Shown piece by piece: positions 1 to 9,053 of a stretch of DNA of 64,000 nt. Each line of letters begins with the position of its first letter. Within the stretch, counting starts at the first letter, position 1. The position numbers and the translations under genes are program-made. The notes beneath the pieces are model-generated. The model ran no database searches. It was not told where the DNA came from and saw only the letters and a list, made by a program, of their open reading frames with translations. Source of the DNA: Verrucomicrobiota bacterium (GTDB taxonomy: Bacteria > Verrucomicrobiota > Verrucomicrobiia > Limisphaerales > CANJSG01); the NCBI GenBank assembly GCA_038203875.1, contig JBBRDN010000002.1, forward strand, positions 701 to 64,700, in the 5' to 3' direction.

Positions 1-2
1 TT

Positions 3-890
3 TCGTTCCCGCACATCATCAGCGACGGTTCGCGGACACCCGGACAGTTCTCCAGCTTCCTCGGCAAGGTCCACGATCCCCTGCTCGTCACGCGCGATCC
101 CAACGCGTCCGACTTCAAGCTGCCCGAACTTAGCCTGCCCGCCGGGATGAGCTACGAACGGCTCGAATCACGGCGCGAACTCCAGAAGCTCGTCGACGCG
201 CAGTCGCGGCTGCTCGACTACTCGGCCGCCGCTCGCGGCCTCGACGCCTACTACGACAAGGCGCTCGCGATGTTGAATTCGCCCAAGCTACGCACAGCCT
301 TCGATCTCTCGAAGGAGTCCGCCGAACTCCGCGAAGCCTACGGCCGCCACAGCTACGGCCAGAGCTGCCTCCTCGCGCGACGCTTGATCGAGGCCGGCAG
401 CAAGTTCGCCACGGTCTATTTCGACGCATCCATCGGCGGACAGAGCACCGAGAGCGGCGGATGGGACACGCATGGATTCAACAACACGCGCATGTTCCCC
501 ATCGTCGAGAAGCGCCACTTCCCCATCACCGACCAGACGATGCCCACGTTCCTTGAAGACATGGAAAGCCGGGGACTGTTGAAGGAAACGCTCGTGATCT
601 GGATGGGTGAATTCGGGCGCACGCCGCGCATCAACGACAACGTCAGCCGCGACCACTGGCCCGACTGCTACACGGTCATGCTGGCCGGCGCCGGGGTGAA
701 GAAAGGGTTCGTCTACGGCGCCTCCGACAAGCATGGCGCGTATCCCGCCGAGAACGCCGTTCGTCCCGAAGACCTCACCGCCACCGTCTACCAGTTGCTC
801 GGGATCGACCCGCACACGGAAGTCCGCGACGTCGGCAACCGCCCTCTGCCCATCTCCAGCGGCAACGTGATCCAAGGAGTGATCGCGTGA
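3..890 (+). CDS. DUF1501 domain-containing protein (5' end outside window)
   Basis: The frame of ORF 147..890 stays open back to nt 3 (SFPHIISDGSRTPGQFSSFLGKVHDPLLV...). The C-terminal half has DUF1501-type motifs (GGWDTHG, WMGEFGRTP, SRDHW). It is a paralog of the complete copy at 37087..38763. Confidence 0.85.
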   Translation, partial: SFPHIISDGSRTPGQFSSFLGKVHDPLLVTRDPNASDFKLPELSLPAGMSYERLESRRELQKLVDAQSRLLDYSAAARGLDAYYDKALAMLNSPKLRTAFDLSKESAELREAYGRHSYGQSCLLARRLIEAGSKFATVYFDASIGGQSTESGGWDTHGFNNTRMFPIVEKRHFPITDQTMPTFLEDMESRGLLKETLVIWMGEFGRTPRINDNVSRDHWPDCYTVMLAGAGVKKGFVYGASDKHGAYPAENAVRPEDLTATVYQLLGIDPHTEVRDVGNRPLPISSGNVIQGVIA

Positions 891-931
891 GAGCGGAAGG
901 ACTGCGCCTGTTGAAACAAGACCGGAGGAAA

Positions 932-956
932 GTAGGGCGGGCTTCCAGCCTGTCCC
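932..956. repeat. GTAG-headed imperfect hairpin repeat (REP-like), left copy of an inverted doublet
   Basis: Sequence gtagggcgggcttccagcctgtccc. The reverse complement of 1033-1057 matches it at 20/25 positions. Intergenic. Confidence 0.55.
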
Positions 957-1030
957 GTCCTAGTCAGCGTATCCGCACAAGACCGTCGTCCGATCAGACT
1001 TTAGTCACGTTCGTCGACAAGAGGGCTTCC

Positions 1031-2746
1031 ATGGGCAGGCTCGAAGCACTGCCCTACGTTTCCGCCTGCTCGGGGCGGAAGCATCTGAACGAATTACTGC
1101 TCCTCCTCACAACGATCCTGCTCACCAGCCTGCCCTGCTCCGCACAGACCCTCCGGGTCAACCGCGTGACGCCTCTCGGCCTCAAGACGGGCGTGGCAAC
1201 GGTTCTCACCATCGAAGGCTCCGGCCTCGTCGGCGCGACCAACTTGTGGCTGTCGGTTCCTGCCTCGATCCGGCCGCTGACCAACTCCTCTTCGCGAAGC
1301 CAGTTTGAGATCACGCTCGCCAAGGATCTCAACCCGCAGGTCGCCGCTCTGAGGCTCGTCGGTGAAACCGGAGCCGCCGCGCTGTTTACCGTTCTCGTCG
1401 ATGACATCGGCACCGCGCCCCGTTCGACGACGAACACCTCGCCCGCCGCCGCGTCCCTGCTCAGCGCGCCCATCTCGGTCGAAGGCACTGCGCAGGAGAA
1501 CGGCAGCGCCTACTACGCCTTCGACCTGAAGAAGGGCGAACGCCTGTCCTTCGAGGTTTTCGGCGCGCGTCTCGGCAGCCAGATCGATTCGCTCGTCCGT
1601 ATCCTTGACCCACGCGGCCGCGAACGCGCCTACGCCGAGGACGATCCCGTCGGCGGCACGGACAGCCGGCTCTCTTTCACTGCGCCAGAGACGGGACGCT
1701 TCGTCGCTGAAGTGCGCGACACCGCGTGGGCCGGAGGCGAGCGGATGTTCTACCGGATGCGCGTCGGGGATTTTCCGTTGGCAAAAGCTCCCTTCCCGCT
1801 CTCGGGCGATTCCGGAAAGAAACTGACCGCGACGCTCGCCGGCGACGGCATGGAGGAATCCCGCCTCAACCTCGTCATGCCCGATGGGGCGGACGCGACT
1901 CCGATTGCCAGCCTCGCGGCCAAGGCGCGCCGCAATGGTCAGTCGGGGATCGTTTCGATTCCGGTGGGTGATCTCCCGATCCAGATGGAAACGGAGCCAA
2001 ACAACTCCGCCAGCAACGCCACGAGGATCGTCTGGCCCGCGTTGATCGAAGGCCGCTTCCAGACAAAGGCCGACGTGGACTGGTATGAGTTCGCCGCGAA
2101 GTCCGGCGACAAGATCGTCTTCACCGGCCGCACACGCAGCGTCGGCTCCGGCTGCGACCTGTCGATCGAACTCTTTGACTCCTCCGGCAAACGATTGGCC
2201 GGCACGAAGCCCACCGCCGCCGATGAGGGAATCTTCACCAACCGCTTTGCCGCATCCGGAACCTACCGGTTGAAGGTCGAGGAGCTGAACCGTTCCGGCG
2301 GCCCCGGTTTCAGCTACCAGATCGATATGGAACGCGCCTCGCCTAGGATCGCCGTGCGCGTGGACGGCGATCTCGTCGAGGTCGCCCTCGGGGGGACGAA
2401 TACGTTGAAGGTCTCCGCCAAGCGCACCGACTACGACGGGCCCATCCGCTTCGAACTCGCGCGCCCCGTGCCCGGTATCCAAGTCACCGGCCAGATCGCG
2501 GCGGCCAAGGAAGACGGCGAACTCACGGTCTCCGTCGATGCGCCCCTCGTCCCCGGCCAGCTCCGTGTCATCCGGCTGCGCGCGTTGTCCGACGACACGG
2601 CCGGCCTGAAAATCAGCGTGACGACCGCGCGGACCACCTCCACCCCGGCGACAAAGAAGAAGCCCAAGCCCGCTCCGACGACCACTCTGATCGGCTGGCA
2701 TGACACGTTGAGCGTCTCAATAGTAGGTCCTGGACCTAAGCCTTAA
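1031..2746 (+). CDS. secreted protein with pre-peptidase C-terminal (PPC)-like domains
   Basis: This is the only ATG ahead of the signal-like segment LLLLLTTILLTSLPCSAQ. PPC-type motif EPNNSASNATRI...GRFQTKADVDWYEF, plus an earlier similar unit (AYYAFDLKKGERLSFEV...DSLVRILD). The upstream part of track ORF 887.. is repeat-derived. Confidence 0.6.
   Translation: MGRLEALPYVSACSGRKHLNELLLLLTTILLTSLPCSAQTLRVNRVTPLGLKTGVATVLTIEGSGLVGATNLWLSVPASIRPLTNSSSRSQFEITLAKDLNPQVAALRLVGETGAAALFTVLVDDIGTAPRSTTNTSPAAASLLSAPISVEGTAQENGSAYYAFDLKKGERLSFEVFGARLGSQIDSLVRILDPRGRERAYAEDDPVGGTDSRLSFTAPETGRFVAEVRDTAWAGGERMFYRMRVGDFPLAKAPFPLSGDSGKKLTATLAGDGMEESRLNLVMPDGADATPIASLAAKARRNGQSGIVSIPVGDLPIQMETEPNNSASNATRIVWPALIEGRFQTKADVDWYEFAAKSGDKIVFTGRTRSVGSGCDLSIELFDSSGKRLAGTKPTAADEGIFTNRFAASGTYRLKVEELNRSGGPGFSYQIDMERASPRIAVRVDGDLVEVALGGTNTLKVSAKRTDYDGPIRFELARPVPGIQVTGQIAAAKEDGELTVSVDAPLVPGQLRVIRLRALSDDTAGLKISVTTARTTSTPATKKKPKPAPTTTLIGWHDTLSVSIVGPGPKP
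1033..1057. repeat. GTAG-headed hairpin repeat (REP-like), right inverted copy
   Basis: Sequence gggcaggctcgaagcactgccctac. It folds on itself (gggcag/ctgccc plus gct/agc) and ends in CCTAC, which is GTAGG on the other strand. Confidence 0.55.
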
Positions 2747-2786
2747 CCACAATCTGCTCCGACAACCTCTCGGAGAAATAACAAGC

Positions 2787-3356
2787 GTGCCCACCAACTT
2801 CTTCTACGTTTACGCTCTGAAGGATCCGAGCACCTCGCCAGCCAAACCATTCTATGTTGGAAAAGGGACAGGCAGCCGGGCTTTCGACCATCTTGCCAAA
2901 CCGGATTCGACCAAGAAGTGGGGAAGGATCGAGAGCATCAAGCAATCAGGACGGAAGCCCATCGTGTCGATCCTTGCAGACGATCTTACCGAATCACAGG
3001 CTCTGAAACTTGAAGCAGAGCTGATCTCGGCTTTTGGAGTTGAGGAATGTGGTGGCATTCTTACCAACGCGATCGTGCCTCAAGGATTGGGAGGCAAATC
3101 CAGAGTGGGCATCACCGTCCCTCACGGAACCGTCGAAAAGGCACAACTGGGGCTCCAATTGCTTAAAGACGCGGTGCTGGATCTTGCAGCCGCAAACCAG
3201 CAAGGAGTTGGAAATTCAGACGTCGCAAGCCTGCTGGGCCTACGAAGCGACTACAATGGAAGACAGAAGGACTACCTCTCATACAGCGTCCTTGGACTGC
3301 TTCTTCGCGAGGGCAAACTTACACGGCGAGAAAGAAAGCACCTCGTAAGGGCGTGA
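2787..3356 (+). CDS. GIY-YIG nuclease family protein with an extra C-terminal domain
   Basis: The N-terminus FFYVYALKD...PFYVGKGTGSRAFDH...EAELISAFG fits the GIY...YIG plus Arg/Glu layout. GTG start. Local GC is visibly lower than the flanks. Confidence 0.7.
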   Translation: MPTNFFYVYALKDPSTSPAKPFYVGKGTGSRAFDHLAKPDSTKKWGRIESIKQSGRKPIVSILADDLTESQALKLEAELISAFGVEECGGILTNAIVPQGLGGKSRVGITVPHGTVEKAQLGLQLLKDAVLDLAAANQQGVGNSDVASLLGLRSDYNGRQKDYLSYSVLGLLLREGKLTRRERKHLVRA

Positions 3357-3485
3357 TTCCGAAGAAGCCGTGCAGGTATGCGGGGGTGTTGGCGATCGTT
3401 TAGTCCGCCCTTAGGAAGGACGGACCGGTTAACGTTGCCCCTCAAATTGACACCTCTTCCTCCGCTCCCTAGCGTTTACCTACGT

Positions 3486-4364
3486 ATGCAAGCCCTGTTC
3501 GATTCGCTCGTGGAGCTGATCCGCCGCACCTCGGCCGAAATTCCGGATGACGTGAACAATGCGCTCGTCCACGCGCTGGAAGCCGAGAAGAAGGGCACCA
3601 TTGCCGAATCCGCCCTCAAGATCATCGACCGCAACATCGAACTCGCGAAACGCAAGTCCCAGCCCATCTGCCAGGACACCGGAAGCATCCTCTTCTACAT
3701 CGACTGCCCCGTGGGCTTCGACCAGATCGCCTTCGAGGAAACCACGCGTGAAGCCGTGAAGGCCGCGACCAAGAAGGGCTATCTCCGGCAGAACTCCGTC
3801 GATTCCCTCACCGGCAAGAACGACGGCACCAACGTCGGCCCCGGTTCGCCCATCCTCCATTTCCACCAGCACCGCAGCGACAAGCTTGAAGTCCGCCTCG
3901 CGCTCAAGGGCGGCGGTTGCGAGAACGTCGGCGCGCAATACTCCCTGCCCATCGAGAAGCTCGCCGCCAATCGCGACCTCGACGGCTGCCGGAAAGTCAT
4001 CCTCGACGCCGTGCTCCAGGCCCAGGGCAAGGGCTGCGGTCCCGGCATCCTCGGCGTGTGCATCGGCGGCGACCGCGCCACGGGTTACGAGTATTCCAAG
4101 AAGCAGTTCCTCCGGCTGCTCGACGACGTGAACCCGAACCCCGAACTCGACGCGCTGGAAAAGGACATCACCGAGACGGCCAACTCACTCGGCATCGGCC
4201 CGATGGGTTTCGGCGGCAAGACCACGCTGCTCGGCACGAAGATCTGCGCCATCAACCGTCTGCCCGCCTCGTTCTTCGTCAGCATCAGCTACATGTGCTG
4301 GGCCTTCCGCCGACGCGGCGTGGAGCTGGAAGCGGACGGCACGATCGGAAAGTGGCTGTATTGA
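3486..4364 (+). CDS. class I (Fe-S) fumarate/tartrate hydro-lyase, alpha-type subunit
   Basis: Motifs ICQDTGSILFYIDCP, KGGGCEN and GPGILGVCIGGDR are typical of the Fumerase/TtdA alpha family. I preferred ATG 3486 over ATG 3378 because the extra 36 codons cover a hairpin repeat and look non-protein-like. Confidence 0.8.
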   Translation: MQALFDSLVELIRRTSAEIPDDVNNALVHALEAEKKGTIAESALKIIDRNIELAKRKSQPICQDTGSILFYIDCPVGFDQIAFEETTREAVKAATKKGYLRQNSVDSLTGKNDGTNVGPGSPILHFHQHRSDKLEVRLALKGGGCENVGAQYSLPIEKLAANRDLDGCRKVILDAVLQAQGKGCGPGILGVCIGGDRATGYEYSKKQFLRLLDDVNPNPELDALEKDITETANSLGIGPMGFGGKTTLLGTKICAINRLPASFFVSISYMCWAFRRRGVELEADGTIGKWLY

Positions 4365-4380
4365 TAAGGAACATTTCAGC

Positions 4381-4986
4381 ATGACCACGACGCTTGCACC
4401 TGTTTCATGGGCTAGGATGATCCGTTCCGTGGAAAAGGTGCGTGAACGTCTTTTGCGGGCAGCGGCGGCGCTGGACGCAGCCGGAGTTCCCTATGCTGTG
4501 GCCGGTGGAAACGCCGTAGCAGCGTGGGTTTCACGTGTGGATGAAGCCGCAGTCCGCACAACGAGGGTCGTCGACATCCTGCTGCGCCGTTCCGATCTCG
4601 ATGTTGCCAAGGCGGCACTCTCAGCGGCGGGCTTCATCCATCGTCGTGTCGCCAGTCTGGGCCAACCGGGCGGCATGGAAGTCTTCCTGGATGGTCCAGA
4701 GGCCGGTGTCCATGACGCGCTGCACATCGTTTTCGCCGGAGAAAAAGTCCGGTCGGACAATCCCCTCCCCGCTCCGGATGTCTCCGAATCCCAGCCGGCC
4801 GGCCAGTTCCGGCTCATCTCGCTGGATGCGCTGGTGCGGATGAAGCTGACCGCCTACCGCGACAAGGACCGGACGCACCTGCGTGATCTCATCGAGCTGG
4901 GTTTGATCGACTCGGCATGGCTGGAACGCCTGCCCTCGGAGCTGCTTTCGCGTCTTCGGGATTTGCTCGAGCATCCCGAAGGCTGA
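4381..4986 (+). CDS. nucleotidyltransferase-fold protein (uncharacterised)
   Basis: AVAGGNAVAAW...RTTRVVDILL resembles the G[GS]...D.D minimal NTase motif, but with only one acidic residue. C-terminal helical region (LVRMKLTAYRDKDRTHLRDL). Confidence 0.45.
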   Translation: MTTTLAPVSWARMIRSVEKVRERLLRAAAALDAAGVPYAVAGGNAVAAWVSRVDEAAVRTTRVVDILLRRSDLDVAKAALSAAGFIHRRVASLGQPGGMEVFLDGPEAGVHDALHIVFAGEKVRSDNPLPAPDVSESQPAGQFRLISLDALVRMKLTAYRDKDRTHLRDLIELGLIDSAWLERLPSELLSRLRDLLEHPEG

Positions 4987-5014
4987 TCGGTAATCCATTT
5001 GGTTGTCCGGCGAG

Positions 5015-5455
5015 ATGTCTCCACCACCACAAGGGCCAGGGTCCATCGACTCTCTCATCACTGCGTTGCTCGCTCCCGTCCTCGCCGTGCGCGATCCGCA
5101 GCAGCGGTTGGCGCGGTTGGTGGAACTGGCCAAGGCTCGCCCGCTCCTTCCTGACACGCTGAAGCTCGATGCCCATCAGGTGGAAGGCTGTCAGGTGCGG
5201 ATCTGGTTCGTGCCCGAATTCCGCGACGGCCGGTGCTGGTTCCAGACCGATTCGGACGCCGTCACCCTCAAGGCGTTGGTTGGCCTTCTCTGTGAAATCT
5301 ACAGTGGACGCACCCCGACGGAGATTGCCGCACATGAACAGACGTTCCTCGAAGAACTCGCCGTGTTGAAGCAGCTCGCCGAAAGCCGTCGTGCCACCGT
5401 CCTGCGAGTGGCACAAATGATCCGGGACTTCGCCGCGACCAACCTCGGCGCATGA
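5015..5455 (+). CDS. sufE: SufE-like sulfur acceptor protein
   Basis: VEGCQVRIWF...QTDSDAVTLKALVGLLCEIYSGRTPTEI matches the SufE/CsdE core, including the conserved Cys. I used ATG 5015; the track ORF starts at TTG 5003. Confidence 0.75.
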   Translation: MSPPPQGPGSIDSLITALLAPVLAVRDPQQRLARLVELAKARPLLPDTLKLDAHQVEGCQVRIWFVPEFRDGRCWFQTDSDAVTLKALVGLLCEIYSGRTPTEIAAHEQTFLEELAVLKQLAESRRATVLRVAQMIRDFAATNLGA

Positions 5456-5506
5456 GCGGCCACTCAGTCTCAGGCGTGCGAACCTGAGCGCACCCCCGCA
5501 GCGGTT

Positions 5507-6022
5507 GTGAAGATCGCGGACTTGCACTGGCGGTGCGCGGTAACGGAGCTTCCGGAGGTGTCTAAACGCGTCTTAGGAAAGGGCCTCGGTTCACTCATGG
5601 ACCGTCCGAACGCCACCGACTCCCCGGCCGGCGAAGTGCCGGCAGGAGACGAACGTGATGGGTCGGCGGCGGCGGCCAAGGTTCCGGGACCGGGTCTCCG
5701 ACAGTTCATCCGCGTGAACGTCGGCTCCGGCGTTTCTTCGACGACGCCCGTTTCCGAAACCGCCTCATCGCCTTCCACGATCGCTGCCATACCAGCGAAA
5801 CTTTTCAGCCCGGCGCCCATGCCCGTTCGGCGAGCAACGACTTGGGGAATTGTGCCGCTCGGTCTCCTGCTCGCGGATACAACGATTCTCGGTCTTTCAT
5901 TCGCCCTGCTGAAGGCATCGCCCGCACCATCGCTGGGCAGGATCGCGATTTGCTCGGCGGCCCTGGCGGTCGCGTGTGTGGCGGGCTGCCTGGCCGTCGT
6001 CGCGGCTTCGGAGGAATCGTGA
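5507..6022 (+). CDS. hypothetical membrane protein with a ParB-like N-terminal peptide
   Basis: The ORF ends 1 nt before the start of the next gene. It has SKRVLGKGLGSLMD near the N-terminus, a low-complexity linker and two C-terminal hydrophobic helices. The start is uncertain (ATG 5507 or GTG 5558). Confidence 0.45.
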   Translation: MKIADLHWRCAVTELPEVSKRVLGKGLGSLMDRPNATDSPAGEVPAGDERDGSAAAAKVPGPGLRQFIRVNVGSGVSSTTPVSETASSPSTIAAIPAKLFSPAPMPVRRATTWGIVPLGLLLADTTILGLSFALLKASPAPSLGRIAICSAALAVACVAGCLAVVAASEES

Positions 6023-6023
6023 C

Positions 6024-6650
6024 ATGAGCCTGAACGCAGAACTCATCCCTGCGAAGGAGCGCGACAACCGCAAGCTGCTGGTGGTGCTCCACGGCCTGGG
6101 CGATAGCCGTGAAGGCTATCGCTGGCTGCCCGTTGAACTGAACCTGCCTTCGCTGAATGTGCTGCTCGTCGACGCGCCGGACGAATACTACGGAGGCTTC
6201 TCCTGGTATGACTATCCGGGCGACCCGATCCCAGGCGTGGAACGCAGCCGCAAACTTCTGACCGCACTGCTGGATGAATTGCCGGCGAAAGGTTTTCCGG
6301 CCGACGGAACAATCCTCTTCGGCTTCTCCCAAGGTTGCCTGATGACATTGGAGACAGGGCTGCGTCTGGCGCAGCCGCTGGCAGGATTGATCGGGGTGAG
6401 CGGCTACGTGTCGGATGCGGCGAAGCTGATTCGCGAAGTGTCGCCCGCTTCGAAGGCAACGCCCGTTCTTGTGACCCACGGCACGCTGGACCCGGTCATT
6501 CCGTGCGCGAAAGTGCGTCAACAGATGGCGGAACTGAGGGCGACAGGACTGAACTTGGAGTGGGTCGAGTTCCGGAAGGAACACACGATCATCCGCGAGG
6601 AAACCAAACTGTTCCGCGAATTCATCACCCGCACATTGAAGCCGTCCTGA
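6024..6650 (+). CDS. phospholipase/carboxylesterase family alpha/beta hydrolase
   Basis: VVLHGLGDS, nucleophile elbow GFSQGC (G-x-S-x-G) and THGTLDPVIP; about 208 aa, typical of this family. Confidence 0.8.
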   Translation: MSLNAELIPAKERDNRKLLVVLHGLGDSREGYRWLPVELNLPSLNVLLVDAPDEYYGGFSWYDYPGDPIPGVERSRKLLTALLDELPAKGFPADGTILFGFSQGCLMTLETGLRLAQPLAGLIGVSGYVSDAAKLIREVSPASKATPVLVTHGTLDPVIPCAKVRQQMAELRATGLNLEWVEFRKEHTIIREETKLFREFITRTLKPS

Positions 6651-6664
6651 CGGCATCGGAGGCG

Positions 6665-7390
6665 TCAGTTCTCAAGGGCCTTCGGCGGACTCAGAACGAA
6701 CGAGGCGATCACGGCCTGACGCGCCGTGGCGGGATTACGGAACGTGGCCACCAGACGTTCCGCGTCGTCAGAGCGGTGCCTGTTTACCTTTCCGACAGGA
6801 GCGTGGTGGAGAAGATTAGACGCCTCGCTCAACTGCGCCCGGATGCGCGCATCAATTGAACCGGCGCGGTTCCATGCGTCGGCCGCGTTCCCGAAGGTTG
6901 CAGCGCTCGCCATCCGTCCATCGACAGTTTGCTTCAAACCAGCGGCCCGCCGGTAGGCGCTGTCGGGGCTTTCCATCGAACTCAGATAGGTCGGAACGGG
7001 CTCTTCGGACTCGCCCTCCTCGACAGCGACAACTACAGGCCGGCTCTGATAGACCGGCGGTGGGGTCTGCCGGACGATGGGAGGCGGCAAAGGCGGCGGG
7101 ACAGGGACCTGCGGATCAAGGCCATTCAACATACGCCTGATCTCCTCCTCCCATTGGCTCAGAGGTTTCCCCTCAGCGTTGGTCGCGGGAGATGAGGGAC
7201 CAGCGGTTCGATCCGGTGGAGCGGACAATTCCGTTTCGGAAACGTCGCCCGCCTGTTCACGCAGACGCTTCTTTTTCAGCCACTCCGCGACGGCCGAGAT
7301 TCCCGCAATGACCAGAAAGATCAGAAACCCTTCGATGCCCACGGCCAGTAGGCCGGGCGCACTGAGAAGTGAATTGAGGGTTTCGATCAT
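6665..7390 (-). CDS. hypothetical membrane-anchored proline-rich protein
   Basis: ATG 7390 gives MIETLNSLLSAPGLLAVGIEGFLIFLVIAGISAV (TM helix), followed by a PPPLPPP-rich region. It lies directly downstream of floA on the same strand. Confidence 0.5.
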   Translation of the reverse strand: MIETLNSLLSAPGLLAVGIEGFLIFLVIAGISAVAEWLKKKRLREQAGDVSETELSAPPDRTAGPSSPATNAEGKPLSQWEEEIRRMLNGLDPQVPVPPPLPPPIVRQTPPPVYQSRPVVVAVEEGESEEPVPTYLSSMESPDSAYRRAAGLKQTVDGRMASAATFGNAADAWNRAGSIDARIRAQLSEASNLLHHAPVGKVNRHRSDDAERLVATFRNPATARQAVIASFVLSPPKALEN

Positions 7391-7427
7391 CGAGGAAGTT
7401 TTCAGCGGTTCAGTCCGGGAAAAGATC

Positions 7428-8471
7428 CTACTTTGACTGTGTCGGCGTCTGACCACCACCCGCGATGTTCTCACGCATCGAGGTGTCGGCCTGGACGTTC
7501 TTCATCTTGTAGTAATCCATGATGCCGAGATTGCCGCTGCGGAAGGCTTCGGCCATGGCCATCGGGATCTGAGCCTCGGCCTCGACGACGCGGGCGCGCA
7601 TTTCGGCGACGCGCGCGGTCATCTCCTGCTCCACGGCGACGGCGGCGGCACGGCGGACTTCGGCGTGGGCCTGAGCGATGAGTTTGTTGGCTTCTGCCTG
7701 CTCGGCCTGGAGCTTCGCACCGACGTTCTCGCCGACGTCGAGGTCGGCGATGTCGATGGAGAGGATCTCGAAGGCGGTGTTGGAATCGAGCGCTTTGTCC
7801 AAAACGGTCTTCGAGATGCGGTCGGGATTCTCGAGAACGTCCTTGTAGCTGTTGGATGAGCCGATGGTGGTGACGATGCCCTCACCGACACGGGCGATGA
7901 TGGTCTCCTCGGTGGCGCCGCCGACAAAGCGGTCGAGCGCCGTGCGGACGGTGACGCGGGCCTTGGCCTTGATGACGATTCCGTCCTTGGCGACGGCGTC
8001 GATCGTGGATTTGCCGGAGGATGCCGCAGGACAGTCGATGACCTTGGGATTGACCGAAGTCTTCACGGCCTCAAGCACGGTCTTGCCGGTGCCTTTGGTC
8101 GCCAGGTCGATTGCGCAAGCGCGGTCGAAGTCGAGGTGGATGCCGGCCTTCCGCGCGGCGATCAGCGCGAGGACGACCATCTCGATGTTGCCACCGGCGA
8201 GGAAGTGGGTGGAAAGGTCATCGATTGTCAGGTCGATGCCGGACTTCACCGCCGTGATGCGGAGATCGACGACGACACCCACAGGGACGCTCCGCAGGCG
8301 AAGGGCGATCAATTCGAACGGGCCAACCGGTGCGCCGGAAAACGTCGCCCGCAGCCAGATGGAAAAGAAATTTCCTGCCCAAATCAGGAACACGAGGCCG
8401 AAGACCCCGAGAACACCCCAGAGCAGGATTTGAAATGGCAACTCGGCGATCATGGGTTGGTAATCAGTCAT
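7428..8471 (-). CDS. floA: flotillin-like protein FloA
   Basis: The full length resembles the YqfA/UPF0365 family: an N-terminal [30 protein letters not shown], and a C-terminal coiled AEQAEANK...[14 protein letters not shown]. Confidence 0.9.
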   Translation of the reverse strand: MTDYQPMIAELPFQILLWGVLGVFGLVFLIWAGNFFSIWLRATFSGAPVGPFELIALRLRSVPVGVVVDLRITAVKSGIDLTIDDLSTHFLAGGNIEMVVLALIAARKAGIHLDFDRACAIDLATKGTGKTVLEAVKTSVNPKVIDCPAASSGKSTIDAVAKDGIVIKAKARVTVRTALDRFVGGATEETIIARVGEGIVTTIGSSNSYKDVLENPDRISKTVLDKALDSNTAFEILSIDIADLDVGENVGAKLQAEQAEANKLIAQAHAEVRRAAAVAVEQEMTARVAEMRARVVEAEAQIPMAMAEAFRSGNLGIMDYYKMKNVQADTSMRENIAGGGQTPTQSK

Positions 8472-8498
8472 AAAAGGATTAAGGCGTTGGAGAATGAA

Positions 8499-8963
8499 TC
8501 ACGTGGCGGAGACCTGCCGGACGACGACCCGGAGTCCTTCGACGCCGACGACGGTGATGGGTGTCCCCTGTTCGATCATTGCGCCATCCGCAACCACGTC
8601 GACACGCTGATGGTTGATCAACGCCGTTCCGGAGGGACGGAGCTTGGTAAAGGCGACGCCGCTCTGCCCGACCAACTCGGGGCGTTCAGCGCCGATATCC
8701 CCGATCGTGCGGGTAAGGGTGAACCGTCGCGCATACCGCGAGCCGGGGAAATATTTCACGTAGACGACTGCCCCAACGAGGCAGAAGACCACCACTCCGG
8801 CCATAACGTAACTGCCCGTCTCGGCGCCAAGTCGGCCAAAGGCAACCACAACCCCGGCGACCAAACAGCAGAATCCGATGATTCCCGCGATCATGCCCGG
8901 AAGAACGGTCTCAAGAACCAGAAGCAGAGCTCCCGTTATCAGCAGTGTGATGACCAGTTCCAT
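8499..8963 (-). CDS. NfeD family membrane protein
   Basis: Three N-terminal TM helices plus a C-terminal OB-like segment (GQSGVAFTKLRPSGTALINHQRVDVVADGAMIEQGTPITVVGVEG). It is immediately upstream of floA, the classic nfeD-floA pair. Confidence 0.8.
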   Translation of the reverse strand: MELVITLLITGALLLVLETVLPGMIAGIIGFCCLVAGVVVAFGRLGAETGSYVMAGVVVFCLVGAVVYVKYFPGSRYARRFTLTRTIGDIGAERPELVGQSGVAFTKLRPSGTALINHQRVDVVADGAMIEQGTPITVVGVEGLRVVVRQVSAT

Positions 8964-9053
8964 TTCCCCAAAACTAGCGGGCAATGGAACGTCAGCAAGT
9001 GGAACGACGGCATGATTTTCCAGCCGAACGACCGCAGTTGGACCGCCACCGGC

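Noticed and set aside
3486-4364. Fe-S hydro-lyase alpha-type subunit with no adjacent beta subunit gene; the next gene is an NTase-fold protein.
   Set aside because: The beta subunit may simply be encoded elsewhere. This cannot be evaluated from one window, so I did not list it as a finding.
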